A program made the translations under genes and the position numbers. A stretch of DNA of 63,990 nucleotides, filler included, from Aduncisulcus paluster (lineage: Eukaryota), in assembly GCA_024181965.1 (NCBI GenBank). It is 5 parts of 5 records of this genome, joined end to end, with 100 filler letters (N's around TTAATTAATTAA, not from the genome) between each part and the next. Parts side by side here need not be neighbours in the genome. Positions count along the whole stretch, not along the records: positions 38,442 to 58,430 come from BQXS01012658.1; 4 more parts are not named here. One strand, given 5' to 3'. Below are positions 45,189 to 57,405 of this stretch, piece after piece. Numbering within the stretch: the first letter of the stretch is position 1; the number at the start of each line of letters is the position of its first letter. The notes below the pieces were generated by a model. It was not told the origin of the DNA, ran no database searches, and saw only the letters and a list, made by a program, of their open reading frames with translations.

Positions 45189-48100
45189 ATGGTTGATCTA
45201 AAAGGATTACTAAGACAATTTGTATCTGAATATGGGCAGACAAAGGATGGGGTCTTTGTTCCTTCGCCTGATATTATTGTTAACAGCCAAATGTTTACTG
45301 AACTAATAGGGACTGAGAATCCAGATAAAAGAACGCACTCAAGATTATTAATTGAATGGAAGACGGTTGAATTATCGTTTATTCCTGCATATTTAGTCTG
45401 TGATGATCTTGAAGTTCGATATCGAATTCGTATGTGATTATACCCTTTTATTCTATCTATTTTGGTTATATTTCATTTTATATAATATATTATATTAATT
45501 TTTCTTCCATTTTTAGTTAATATTCTCTTAACAATGTCTCTTCCCTTGGAGGAAAGGGGTTCCAAGGATAAAACTGTCATTCCTGAGATAGTTCAGTGTG
45601 AGATCATGCTTAGACACCAACTAACATGTGAGAAATTCCTTCGACAACTCATATTTGATGGAATATATTGTATGCGAATGTATGATCATGCAACCATTGA
45701 ATTAGATTCAATTGAGGATGCTCGAGCCCAAAAGGAGGCCGAGAAGGCTCTACTTGAAGAAGAAGGCGAAGAACTTGAGAAAGTCAACGAGGAAGAAGAA
45801 GAAGCTGAGTGGATTGCCTCTCAAGATATAAAAGATGATCCATCAACCAAATCTTCCAATATTATTTCCCCCCTTAAACAATCGGATGAAGATCTCAATG
45901 ATAGTCAACGCATAACAGGACTCAAAGAATCCACAGCTGATCCTCAAGAAGAAGAAGAAGATGAGGAAGACGAAGAGGATGGAGAAACCGCTGATAAATC
46001 AATAGATGACCAAAATAGTGATGAAAAAGCTGAAGATAAGGCAGAAGAACAACAACAAGATGGAGGTGATGAGAAAGATGAAGAATCTAATGGTAACGAT
46101 GGCTCAGACAGCGGAGAAGATGAAAAAGAACAAAAGATTCATGATGAACATACATTGAACGAAGAAAATGCCCTTCTAAATAGGGAACTTGCAAGCAGAT
46201 ATTTCACCACTATTGTGATTTTTCTCAGGAATCTTGTTTTACTCCCTGACTCTCTCTCTTCCCGTTCTTCATGTGGGTCTCTCTTCACAATCATGTTAAA
46301 TTGTCGCCTTCACACTTTCCTTGCCCTTTTGGCAACTCATAGCCATGTGATTGTCCCTGCTGTCCCCCGAGAGTTTTTTATCTCAGTTCTAACGGCTTGT
46401 CTTGTCCAAAATGTTGACCCTTTCTTGTGTGCACTGGCCGTTGATGAAGAAAAAAGAGTGAAGGAAATGTTTCAAAAGAATAGACTTCAGGGGGGATTAT
46501 CATTAACATCGATTGTGCCTTCATCAAAACAGAGTGATAGTTTAGTTTCTATTTATAGGTCAGCTAAAAATATAAATACTTCCACCGATTCCCCCTTGTT
46601 CGATAGCTCTGATGGTGTCTCTGACGATCGAAGTACATTTTTATTGCCTCTGCGTCCTTCTCTGATAAATCAACCAGTAGATATGAGAATATTCACTGAT
46701 GATTTGAGGGAAAGGATTGCTCAGAAGGTGCATCAAAAGGCGAAAAAAGATGCCGCAGAGATGAAGAAACGTCGAAGAGAGGAGAAGAAGAGACGTCGAA
46801 GGGAGAGAGCAGCTCAAAAGACCAAGCAAACAAAAAATGACGAAGAAGAGATAGAAGATGATGAAGAGTGGCTTAGAAGAATGGAGGAAGAAGAAGAGGA
46901 ATATCGAAGACAAGAAGAGCAACAAAGATTGCACGATGCACAACAAGATGCTGAATTGGCAGCGTTACTTATGGATTATGATGGAGAGGATGTTCATGTT
47001 GACGCTCCTATTGCTCCTGTTGCTCCTGGTTCTGCTGGAAACAATAACAAAACTAATGGAGTCAATAATAATTCAAATAACTCAACGTATATTGATTCCA
47101 TACTTGATGTTGATGGCAAGAAAGTACAAGCACAAAGAGATGCCATTCATCAGCAGGAATTGGTAAGACTAGGTATTCGTAGAAAGCCAGACATGACTGC
47201 TCTTGGGGTCACCATTGATGTGGAAGGCAGTTCTAAAGTTAATCTTCCATCTCCATCTGTTCCTCTCACTGTCGGATCGAGAGGTCCAGGGAGAAAGCTC
47301 CGTAACATGCTAAAGCCCATTCCTTGCACTGCTTTGTGGAGTGCTAAGGTTCTTTACATCCGTCTTATTCAGAGTGGATTCGTATCGTTCATTTCTGAGA
47401 TGTGTCAACAATATATTTCAACTCAGCATGAAAATAGAGATGAAATTGCATCAAATATGCTGAAAATTTGTGCATTTTTTATGAATTTTGTTGCTAATCT
47501 TACTGAAATTGCTCATAAAAGGGTAGAAATTAAAGAATCGTTGAAATCGCCTGAGGAAAAAGCTGCTGAGAAACAAGTTCTTGAGGAAGAAAGAGCCAAG
47601 AAGAAAGCAGAGAAAGAGGAGGCAAGAAAGGCCAAAGAGGAAGCAAGGATGAAAAAGAGAGAGGAAAGGAGGCAGCGAATCCTCTCTGGTGATGAGGACG
47701 CATGGGAAGAAGAGGAATTGGAAGATGATGAATCGGAGTCAGAATCGGAATCATCGGATTTAGAAGATCTCAAACCGATTCCCGAACAATTTTCAGTTTT
47801 AATTCCTCTATTTCCAAATCTATTCAATATTATTGATGGAAATTTATTTGTTTTTGCTCTTGAATCTCTTCACAAGACAAGAAAGGAGTGTCTTAACTTT
47901 ATTACTGCTTCAATCTCATTATCACATGCCTTGTGTCTTATAAGGAAAGAAGAAGGGTTTGGGATGTTTCTCAGTTATATTTTTAGATCAGATTCTGGGA
48001 AACAATTCAACAAGGTTCTGTTTGAGTCTTTGAAAGAGTGGAAAGTGTCGAAGCCTGATGATCTTTCCTTCACTTCTTCTCTTATCGCTATTGTTCGGTG

Positions 48101-50081
48101 TATATTTCTTGTTTCTCAACTCAACAATTCTCTTGAAGTGAGAAAGAAGAGCACCTTGGATCATGAATTGGATAATGGTCTAACTGAACGCCAGGTTAAA
48201 ATGCTCCGTCGTAATGGATGGGCAGTCGGAGATGGTGCCAGAGTTTGGAGAGAGTATCAGCGTCGGCGCGCAGAAAAAGAGCTCAGCGGGTTTATTGTTG
48301 ATGACGAAGGAGAGAAGAAGAAGAAGAGAGCGGAGAGGAAAGAAGCAGAGAGGAAAAAGAAGAAGGAAGAAGAAGAGAAAGCAGAGAGAGAGAAGGTTGC
48401 CAGAGAAAAAGTTGAGCAAAGGTTGGGGACAACTCAAACACAAGAAGAGGAGGAGGAGGAAGAAAAGGAGACGAAAGAAGGAAGAGAGAGAGAAGGAAGA
48501 GAGAAGAAGGCAGAAGAGAGAGATCAAGAGCAGAAAGGAGAAGAGCAGGAAGGAGAAGAGCAGAAAGGAGAAGAGCAGAAAGGAGAAGAGCAGGAAGAAG
48601 AAATGGATGGTTCTGAGTCTGAGTTGGTTAAGTTGGACATGGATCACATTGAAGGGAAAGAAGAGGAGGATGCACCAGATCCTTTATTAGATATTCAAGA
48701 TAAAGGAGAAGTAGATAAGAATGCCGGAAATGAAGAGAAGAAAGAAGATGTTGAAGAAGAAAAAGAAAATAATAATAATGATGATAATGATGATAATGAT
48801 CTATTTACGATGGGTGAGAAAGTTCTTGGAGAAAAATCGGATGAGGACGATTCGTTTGATAATGCCTTGAAAAATACTTTGGCTCCTCAACCTGACCATA
48901 ATGCTGATAATGAGTTGGTTGATCAGGATGATAGCGATATTATTCAGTCTATTGCTGCTGCTCGCTTCAAGAACCGACAGAAAAGAGCAAAGGCTTCTTC
49001 AGGACAGGAAGTTCAAGATATGAGAATGACTCTGATGGAAGAGCTTGAGGCCGAGGAACGTGCGCTGATGCTTCATCGACTCATTAAGACAAGAAAACAG
49101 GAGAATGAGGAAGATGACAAGGTCGTCCATCTCACCAAGTGGCATTTCATCAATGGATTCACGACGAGACTTGTCCAACGTAATATTTTGTTCTGTTTAG
49201 ATGCCCTATTGGAGAAGAAAGAACTCCAACTTCCAACATCGGTTGCATTCGGTCAGACTTTGTTGCTTCTTAGGTGTATCGGAGAGAGTGTTTCCATGTG
49301 GAATTTCCCTACATTTGTGATATTTGCCAAAGCACTGCATTATCTGCCCTCCAAAAGCTTTTTGAGTGGGTGTGTACGAGTGTGTGTTCAAGATTTCACA
49401 CATGCCATCGTTCAATGTCCTTCCCTGCTCGCCTGGACAATCGTAAATGCTGCTGAAGCGGCCGAACAGGAAATCAGAGAGATGGAAATTGAGGTTGGTG
49501 GGCGTGGATGGGAAGAAGAAGAATTGAAAAGAAGAGTTCAAGACGAGCAAGCCGCGGCTAGAAGTCGAGAGTTGCTTGATGATGAGAATGCCGGAAAAGA
49601 GCCCTGGTGGATTCAAATGGAGGAAGAGTACAACCAAAAGGAGAAGGAAAGAAGAATGCTGGAAGAAGGCGGAGAGAAAGGTGAGAAAGAGAAAGAACCG
49701 GAAGAAAAGAAGAAAGAAAACGAGGAAGAGGATGAAGAGGATGATTTGTTCAGTTCTCATGTATTAAAGGGTTCTATTCCTTCAGAGGCTAACGATATGA
49801 CAACATTAGATAACAAGGATATGGATGAGGGTTCATTATCTCAGGATAAACAGGCGAGTCCAAAGAGAGATCAAGAATCGGATAAAGGTCAAGATAAGGG
49901 TGAAGAAAGTGAAGAGGATGATATGTTTGATCGTTTGGATGAGGCTAAAGCTCAAGAAAGCCATCAAGGCGATGATATTGAAGTTTTAAAGGATGGTAAT
50001 GAAAAGAATACAAGTGGTGTCGTGATAAATGATTCATTGGGATTATTGGATGGATTTGATGAAGGATTTGAAGATTTATGA
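45189..50081 (+). CDS. Timeless/Tof1/Swi1-like fork protection protein, two exons (45189-45429, 45517-50081), about 1,600 aa
   Basis: Spliced N-terminus YGQTKDGVFVPSPDII..ENPDKRTHSRLLIEWKTVELSFIPAYL..ILNILLTMSLP and IVIFLRNLVLLP parallel Timeless LGYLEGDTYHKEPDC..EDETRDVRQQL..LLPIL..LMVNLTQP and ILLLVRNILHVP. Long acidic insertions. Confidence 0.65.
45430..45516 (+). other. Spliceosomal intron (87 nt)
   Basis: GTATGT donor, pyrimidine tract, TTTTAG acceptor; joins the 45168 and 45534 ORFs in frame. Confidence 0.85.
48525..48600 (+). repeat. Coding 15-nt tandem repeat (EEQKG/EEQEG, about 5 units)
   Basis: gaagagcagaaagga units within the Timeless-like ORF. Confidence 0.8.
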
Positions 50082-50335
50082 ATCGTTATCGGTTATTTCA
50101 CTCTATTTATTTTTCATAAATTCAGTATTTCCGATGCTACAATAATTTCGTTTTATTCGGTGGTTACATTAAATTTAATACATTTTAGAATATTTATTAT
50201 AGAATACATTTACTTTTTTGGGTAGAATCATCCCAGTTATTAAAATAAAAATATAAAATTGATGATTTTGTGTTTTGGTCGCTTGGAGACAAGGTGGGGG
50301 AGATAATTTTGTTGAGAATCCATTAAACTTAAAAA

Positions 50336-51895
50336 ATGACAACGTTTAACCAAGATAATACCCCTAATGCTCCCGTACCCAAGGAGAATAATGATTCTGG
50401 AAAACCAAAGAAAAATGAAAGCCAAGAAGAACTGATTACGGGTTCAATTGGAAAACTTCTCCTTAAATATACTCTTCCTACATTGTTTGCAATGATGGTT
50501 TCTGCAATTTATACAGTTATAGACAGTGTTTTCATCGGGAAATATTCAACTGCTTCATTATCTTCTGTTTCAGTATTTATGATTTTAGAAATGCTTATTA
50601 CCCTTGTTGCACAGGGATTTTGCGGGTCTGGAGGCACTTTACTTGCTAAAGCCTCTGGAGCCAATGATAAAGAAGGGATGCATATTTCCATAGCTGTTAC
50701 CATTAAAATTCTTTTAGTCTTTAGTATTCTCGTCACAGGCATATTATTGCCTTTCATTGAGCCCATAGTTGTCCTGTTTGGAGCTCGTAATGAGCTCAAA
50801 CAAGATGCTGTTGATTACGGCAAGATCATTCTGGCTGGAGGTCCAATTGCATATTCGGGTTTACTTTTTGTCACATTTATGATTCGTACACTTGGAAAAC
50901 CTGGTGTAAGTATGTTATTTGCTATCGCTAGCTCCCTTCTCAACATTGGTGGGGATGCTATTCTCATTTTCTCCTGTGGTCTTGGCGTGAAGGGAGCAGC
51001 ATACAGCACTCTTATTTCTCAGATTGTCATTGTTCCCTTTGGAATGTGGTATTTGCTGAAAAAATGCGATATTTCACTCAAGTGGAGGCATTTCTTTAGG
51101 TGGGATGGTGATGTTGCTGGAAAGATTGTTCTATTATCCTTGGCTTCGTCTTTCCCGGGGACTCTCTGGAACGTGGTCAATATCATGATAAACAACCAGA
51201 TTCATCACTATGCAGATCCAGATGATGTCACTCTCGTCCTGGCTGTTATTGCTATTACTTCTCGACTCACGACCTTTGTACTCATTGGTGTTCAGGCTAT
51301 GGCCATGGCCGGCGGAATTATCTGGTCATCAAACCTTGGGGCCCGGTTGTATTCCCGAATTAAGAAAGCTGTCCTCGATGTTTGTTTGGTGCAATGGATT
51401 GTGTGTATGATTGGATGGATTATATTCCAATTATTCCCGAGCATATTCCTCAAAATGTTTGCTGATAAAGATGATATTGATGCTATTGTTGTCATTGGAA
51501 AGACACCTTTTAAGATCATGATGGGAGCTATGTTTGTGAGATTTGGATCTCTGACGGCTGTGTTCATGTACCAATCATTAATTCGACCATTGGTTGGAAT
51601 ATGTATGGCTCTTATTAGAAGAGTTGTATTATATATGGGTCTCATATCTATTCTCCCTGGATTCATGGGTTTGGATGGTGTCTATTGGACTTTCCCGATC
51701 GCTGACGTCATATCTTGTATCATTGGTATTATTTTGATAGTTGTTGGGATGTCTAAGCTCCCTGAGGATGGGAAACCCAACAGTGATTGGGATTTTATGG
51801 TGTGTAAATGTTCAACGAAAGAGGAAATCATTTTCGATGAGGAAAGTTCCAAAGATGGCATTGAAATGAAAGAGATCGTTACATCATCTGTGTAG
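50336..51895 (+). CDS. MATE family efflux transporter, MepA-like (bacterial type)
   Basis: TGSIGKLLLKYTLPTLFAMMVSAIYTVIDSVFIG, LNIGGDAILIF, GVKGAAYSTLISQ, GLDGVYWTFPIAD; about 12 TM helices. Confidence 0.9.
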   Translation: MTTFNQDNTPNAPVPKENNDSGKPKKNESQEELITGSIGKLLLKYTLPTLFAMMVSAIYTVIDSVFIGKYSTASLSSVSVFMILEMLITLVAQGFCGSGGTLLAKASGANDKEGMHISIAVTIKILLVFSILVTGILLPFIEPIVVLFGARNELKQDAVDYGKIILAGGPIAYSGLLFVTFMIRTLGKPGVSMLFAIASSLLNIGGDAILIFSCGLGVKGAAYSTLISQIVIVPFGMWYLLKKCDISLKWRHFFRWDGDVAGKIVLLSLASSFPGTLWNVVNIMINNQIHHYADPDDVTLVLAVIAITSRLTTFVLIGVQAMAMAGGIIWSSNLGARLYSRIKKAVLDVCLVQWIVCMIGWIIFQLFPSIFLKMFADKDDIDAIVVIGKTPFKIMMGAMFVRFGSLTAVFMYQSLIRPLVGICMALIRRVVLYMGLISILPGFMGLDGVYWTFPIADVISCIIGIILIVVGMSKLPEDGKPNSDWDFMVCKCSTKEEIIFDEESSKDGIEMKEIVTSSV

Positions 51896-52434
51896 AATTC
51901 GATTATCTTATTATCATATTATAGTGCCTAAATTATTAATTTATTTTTGTAAAACCAAAGTATTTCTTTTGGTTTTATTATTATTATGCCGTATTCGAAT
52001 CTAAACTAAAGAAGTGAAATTATTTCGTATTCTCCATTTATATTATTTTATAACAGATTAATAATTAATGATTAATAATTAATCTAATTTAATCGCATTT
52101 TAACTCATTATTTAATAATCATTATTAGTAATAATTTATTACTAATTTAGTACTAAATGTCATCGAAAACTCTCAGGATGTGGCATTTTGAGAGAGAGAA
52201 TAAACACTCTGAGAACAGTTTTTAGAACTCCAATTGACATCAAACAGCTGAGAGAAGTAGATGAACCAAACAAGTAACTTATAATGGGTTTTGGCATTGT
52301 GTTGAATTCCGAGGAAAAAAAAAAAAAAGTAAGGAAAGAGATGAGAGATGAACGATTCAAATAATTAGACGTGTTCTATTTTTAGAAAATCTATTTTTTG
52401 AGAATATTTTTTGAACCAAGAATCTCCAGAATGC

Positions 52435-55400
52435 CTATACGATTGAACAATCGAGACAAGATTGGTTCGAAACAGAATCCACCCGTTGGAAACTTGGTTG
52501 ATCAGCATGTTGAATACTCCTGGTTTCAGGCAAAGATCCTTCTCTTCCTTCTGAGTATGAAGAAGATGAGCTATCTTGAACCATTTCCACCCTCTTTCTT
52601 GGCGATTTATGGTGTTCCTTATGTCTCTTCTGCACTCTATCCTGATCTTCTTTTTCTGCTTCTTTGTCTTCTTCATCTTTCTTTGAAATTGAGGCACAAC
52701 TCTGATCGGCAATAACATAGAACTGCAATCCGTATATAGAACACCATTTCTTTCCTCCGTATGAAGAATCGCACTGAATGACAATACAATCAACATCACT
52801 AGCAGAAAGAGCAAAAGAAACCCATGAAGAAGTACCAGTATGGTATTGTTTGTCATCGAAAGTAAGGATATACGAATCATAATCAGCATGGTCTTCTTTC
52901 AACGATGGAGATTTCTTCTCTCGCTTTGAGGAGTTCTTGGTCTTGCAATGCTGATCTTGAGGAAGAAGAGTTTTCTGAAACTTAATACTCAATTGTTTGG
53001 GGGAAGAAGATGTTAAATGACTCCCAGAATAGATCAGTGCAAACCGAATTTCACAGATATTGACAGGTTTTGCAATGGGAATTCTCAATTTATAGAAAGA
53101 AAGCTCAGACAAACTTTCTAATCCCATTTTTAAAGTTTTCCAATCATGATCTTTTGCAAAAAGCCCAAAACTGACATCTCCCTTCTCTTTGAAATTATAT
53201 GAAAACATTCGATCAATTCCTCTCCTCGGAATGGATTCAGTGGTTGAGAAAAATCCATGTTCACGCGGAATTTCTAAAGTATCATCATCGTCATCCTTGC
53301 TTGGTTTTGCCGAAATGAATAAAAGATCCTCAATTTCACACCATTTCATGCCTCTGTGGGATTCGAGACACTGAATTGAACATTGATAGCAGTTTCTAAT
53401 GTCGTCAACTGGAAGATAAACCCACTTATAACCATCAAAGGATGGAATAATGAAGGTTTGAGATATTCTTGATCTCTTGCTCTTCTTATTCTCACAAAAG
53501 AACTTCATTTCAATCCGTTTGGGAGGATTTGAGGACTGGAAAATACTGACACCATTCCCAAAATTATCGTACCGAATGTTATCCATTCTTAGATACAAAA
53601 ACACGCCACTGATGCTATTTTTAGCTTTATCAAATGGAATATCTACAGAAGAGAATGAAAATGTCTGGTTTTCACCCTGTAAGAGCCTCCATAAAGCTTG
53701 ACTTTGCAAATCCTTTGCTTTTTGATATATTTTCTCACCAAATCTAATAATAGAATGCTCAGCCCGAGAAATTTTTGGAGAAATTAATTTTCTACAAATG
53801 GATATTGGTTCTCTTTTCTCAATGACTAATTTTTGATGTTGATTTGGGTTTGCAGACTTGATTGTCAGGGCTCTTTCAGCTTGCAGCTGAAGTCCAATGA
53901 TTTGGCACCATTTAGTTGACCACGTCGACTCAACACATTTGATAACAACCTTATCAACGGTCAGGCCTTGTATGAACTCCAACATGTACCATTGTTTACC
54001 TGTAGATTGAGACTCCAATGTGAATTCCATTTTATGAAAAGAAGAATCCTTGTTGGATAACGTAACGAGGAGAGTTTTGGGTACATTGGACCGATCATAC
54101 TCATCAAAATAGACGCAGATATTAATAGAATGGATAATTTGAGGATTAACAAGAGGAAGGGATAGAGAATAGAAATTCAAGGATCCAATTTTACCATCTA
54201 AACAATTGATTATAGAATTGCGACATGAATTTGCTGTTAAATAACCATCCACTTTTTCCAAGTTGCATTCAACGTTTCGTGGATCAACATGTAAGATTGG
54301 AGGTTCACAGCCATAATTTTCACGGATAGGAGTTGCACAAACTTTGAGTAAATGGTCTTTGATGACAGTGCAATCCAATCCAATTATTTGAATAGCTCTG
54401 AGCTCACACCATTTCATTTCACTCCAGGATTCGATTGATATAATTCTACAGCTAGTAACGTGTTCAAGTTCAACGGGAAGAGACCACCAGTGAAAACCTG
54501 AATTCTGTATAAGTTGATAATCTTTGACAACTTGGGAATCTTTGTTACCATTCGAAGTGAACTCAATTTGCAATACTCTCGGCATATTGGGACCGTAGGT
54601 ACAAATGTGAATGCTATCAACACATTCCCTTGATCTAAAGGGGATGTAAATGGAGGAAAATGCCATCTTTGGAGTTGAACATTCATGAAACAAGCACGAA
54701 TGAAGGTCAGAAACTCCGAACCCACCCACAAACTGTCCAGATAACTGGGATCTATCAATATCAATCAGGCGATTGGATGTAAACGGAATGACTGGGAATT
54801 TGGAGTTTCCGCGTTTCAAGAAAGTTGCGTAATCACTTGTCACAGCACGAGAGATAATGAGAGTTTTTGAGGAACGACGGGACACAAATCGTATTCCTGA
54901 TAACTTGCACTCTAAGCCCTGACCATAATGAGTGTCGAGACAGATAATATAACATCGCTGGAGCGGATTGCTAATCGGTATCTCAAAACAGTTATTTTCA
55001 GAGGGACCTTCACAAGACTTTTTCTCAGGAATTACATAGCGTTCCGCGTGGGAGGATGGATCTGAAGAAGATTCCGATTTCTCATAAAACCCAATGAGAA
55101 GCTCTTTTGGACGCTTTTCCCAGGAATCTACCTCAATTTGAATGGAATGAAGATTTGAACTGAGTTCAGAAAAATTAATTCTGATATAAGAAAAATATAA
55201 GGGAGAAGAACCATGAACAAATGCATCAAAATCAGAGATGGAAGAAGAACCAACGAACGTTTTCTGCCGAAGAACAGGGTCAAAAACAAGATCTGGATGA
55301 GCAGTGCCGTATAACTTTGGGATCGATTTGGGGATAATTGGTTCAATATCAGTGTCACAATGACAGTACGGAACAATAATGTCCCACAATCGACGACATA

Positions 55401-57147
55401 AACGTTCTTCACGTTCTTCAGCTTGAGAGTCCCCTATGGGTTCAATTTCTTGGATTATTTGAGACTTGTATTGATCATCATCCTTCTGCAATTGGCGTTC
55501 CATGGCAATTTGGCGCTGGATCGTATCTTCATTACCAACGAATAATACCTCAGGTGAGTGTTGGGAAGGATCATATGATATCTGAGCACCAATTCCAATT
55601 ACAGTACTCCAAATTGTTTTGTCCTGTGAAGCCCTCGAAATAACCTCAACAGATTTAACATTACAATTATCCCCAAGGGGTCCTGTTAATGGCAAAAATA
55701 CCCATGCATTCCCCGTGAAGCTCTGGATATGGAAGTTATTGATCACAGGATCACGTGTATCATCTTCCATGGAATATTTACAAGTTAAATGCATAGGATA
55801 ATTCGGCAAGGAAGCATCAATCAACAGCTTGAGGCCACAAAGAGAAGTTGGTTCGCTGAGAGGAAGGAAAAGAGAATAGAAATGAATCAATTTGGAGCCA
55901 CATAATGAAGTTACACATTCAAGCAACTGTTTTCGCTCCGAAGAACAGGCAAATGTTCCATCAAATCGTTCAATGTCCCAAAGCATCCATTTGGGATGAT
56001 CCTCAGCACCATCGTCTGTCATTGGTTGAGTAAAAACTGAATCATCTCCAGATTTTGGGTAGATAATTCTTTCTTCACCTTCAATCCATTCAAGATCGTT
56101 GGCATGTGGATTCGAAATAACCTGAATACCATGGATTTCGCTCCATTCTAGGCCACTGCATGATTGAATTGTGGAAATATCACAATAATTTACCAATTTT
56201 AAGCCAAGATCGATAGATATCCAACAATAACAGTCTTTTTTTGGTTGAGTAATTTGGATATCACGATGAATTATTTCGCCATTATTCATGCCAAATGTCA
56301 AGGACAATTCCTTTGGAGGGGAGAATAAACCACGATATTCTTCCTTGGCATACTTAAACAACAGAAGCAAACAACTGATGGATTGGGGATGGGGAAAAGG
56401 TAATCGAATGGTATAAAATGATATTGGATTCTCTCCTTGCAAACAATTTTTAAGCAGGTTTATATGACTACGTGTATGATCACCTGGAAATTTCAATATA
56501 AAATCGTCAATTTTGAATGAAGATTGTTTCATTCCATCAGAAGAGAAAAAATGATAAATCTTCTGAGAATAATAAGGGATTAAGGGAGATTTTCCATATG
56601 ACTCGATTTTTGCCTCATGAAGGCCTCGTTTACGGCTATCAATTCGCTTGGAATATTCTAAAAGAGCCTCGGGGGTTTGTCGAATGAAACGAATTCCAAG
56701 CAAAGTTATAATTTTATGAGATGAAATTTCAATTTTTGTCAACTTTAAATCGGGAATACTTATAGAATAGCAATTACAAGCGAGGATATCAATGTCGTTC
56801 AATATCTCTTTTGCTGGTCCATCGCTCTGATAAAATAAGAATTTCATTTCATTTTTATCCGCCTTATCAGTTATTTTAATTTGAATTTCTTTAATAGGAA
56901 GAGATGAAGGGAAAAGAAATTTTGCAGAGGAAAAAGAAAGTCGCTCAGTCCCTTCAATGAAAGAAAAATATTCTTTGCCATCTTTAGATCCTTGATTACC
57001 ATTAATAACTATATTTTCATTTTTCAAAAACACGACAGTTGGATTTTTTGGTTCGAGCAAACTCGTAATGGTTTTCATGTGCTTAGGATAATATAGATCG
57101 GATTGTTCACCTCTTAAGTCCAACTTATCGGTTTCAGAGCTTTTCAT
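52435..57147 (-). CDS. Protein with about 8 tandem DOC/APC10- or discoidin-like repeats and a C-terminal CaaX box
   Basis: Repeating unit F(Y/S)xhxhPh..hxxhxh..PKxhxhxF..Whxhxh..CxIxCxxS..WCxhxGhxh; the protein ends SCLDCSIV*. Confidence 0.75.
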   Translation of the reverse strand: MKSSETDKLDLRGEQSDLYYPKHMKTITSLLEPKNPTVVFLKNENIVINGNQGSKDGKEYFSFIEGTERLSFSSAKFLFPSSLPIKEIQIKITDKADKNEMKFLFYQSDGPAKEILNDIDILACNCYSISIPDLKLTKIEISSHKIITLLGIRFIRQTPEALLEYSKRIDSRKRGLHEAKIESYGKSPLIPYYSQKIYHFFSSDGMKQSSFKIDDFILKFPGDHTRSHINLLKNCLQGENPISFYTIRLPFPHPQSISCLLLLFKYAKEEYRGLFSPPKELSLTFGMNNGEIIHRDIQITQPKKDCYCWISIDLGLKLVNYCDISTIQSCSGLEWSEIHGIQVISNPHANDLEWIEGEERIIYPKSGDDSVFTQPMTDDGAEDHPKWMLWDIERFDGTFACSSERKQLLECVTSLCGSKLIHFYSLFLPLSEPTSLCGLKLLIDASLPNYPMHLTCKYSMEDDTRDPVINNFHIQSFTGNAWVFLPLTGPLGDNCNVKSVEVISRASQDKTIWSTVIGIGAQISYDPSQHSPEVLFVGNEDTIQRQIAMERQLQKDDDQYKSQIIQEIEPIGDSQAEEREERLCRRLWDIIVPYCHCDTDIEPIIPKSIPKLYGTAHPDLVFDPVLRQKTFVGSSSISDFDAFVHGSSPLYFSYIRINFSELSSNLHSIQIEVDSWEKRPKELLIGFYEKSESSSDPSSHAERYVIPEKKSCEGPSENNCFEIPISNPLQRCYIICLDTHYGQGLECKLSGIRFVSRRSSKTLIISRAVTSDYATFLKRGNSKFPVIPFTSNRLIDIDRSQLSGQFVGGFGVSDLHSCLFHECSTPKMAFSSIYIPFRSRECVDSIHICTYGPNMPRVLQIEFTSNGNKDSQVVKDYQLIQNSGFHWWSLPVELEHVTSCRIISIESWSEMKWCELRAIQIIGLDCTVIKDHLLKVCATPIRENYGCEPPILHVDPRNVECNLEKVDGYLTANSCRNSIINCLDGKIGSLNFYSLSLPLVNPQIIHSINICVYFDEYDRSNVPKTLLVTLSNKDSSFHKMEFTLESQSTGKQWYMLEFIQGLTVDKVVIKCVESTWSTKWCQIIGLQLQAERALTIKSANPNQHQKLVIEKREPISICRKLISPKISRAEHSIIRFGEKIYQKAKDLQSQALWRLLQGENQTFSFSSVDIPFDKAKNSISGVFLYLRMDNIRYDNFGNGVSIFQSSNPPKRIEMKFFCENKKSKRSRISQTFIIPSFDGYKWVYLPVDDIRNCYQCSIQCLESHRGMKWCEIEDLLFISAKPSKDDDDDTLEIPREHGFFSTTESIPRRGIDRMFSYNFKEKGDVSFGLFAKDHDWKTLKMGLESLSELSFYKLRIPIAKPVNICEIRFALIYSGSHLTSSSPKQLSIKFQKTLLPQDQHCKTKNSSKREKKSPSLKEDHADYDSYILTFDDKQYHTGTSSWVSFALSASDVDCIVIQCDSSYGGKKWCSIYGLQFYVIADQSCASISKKDEEDKEAEKEDQDRVQKRHKEHHKSPRKRVEMVQDSSSSSYSEGREGSLPETRSIQHADQPSFQRVDSVSNQSCLDCSIV

Positions 57148-57405
57148 TTTGCTATATATTTCCAAATGTGATATTTTAATTCCTCCGATTTGAAAACCGG
57201 GAAGCTGATATAATTATTTAAAAAATCCTTATAAAATTAGAACTTCATAATACATCAGAATAAAATAATAATGTAGATGGCATATTTATTCATTAGAATT
57301 CATAATACGAGGAACTATTTGAAAACATGTTAGAACGTAAAAAATGACAACATCTATCGCCAAATAATAAGATAAAAACTAACCAATATTTCATTCATTA
57401 TGTTG

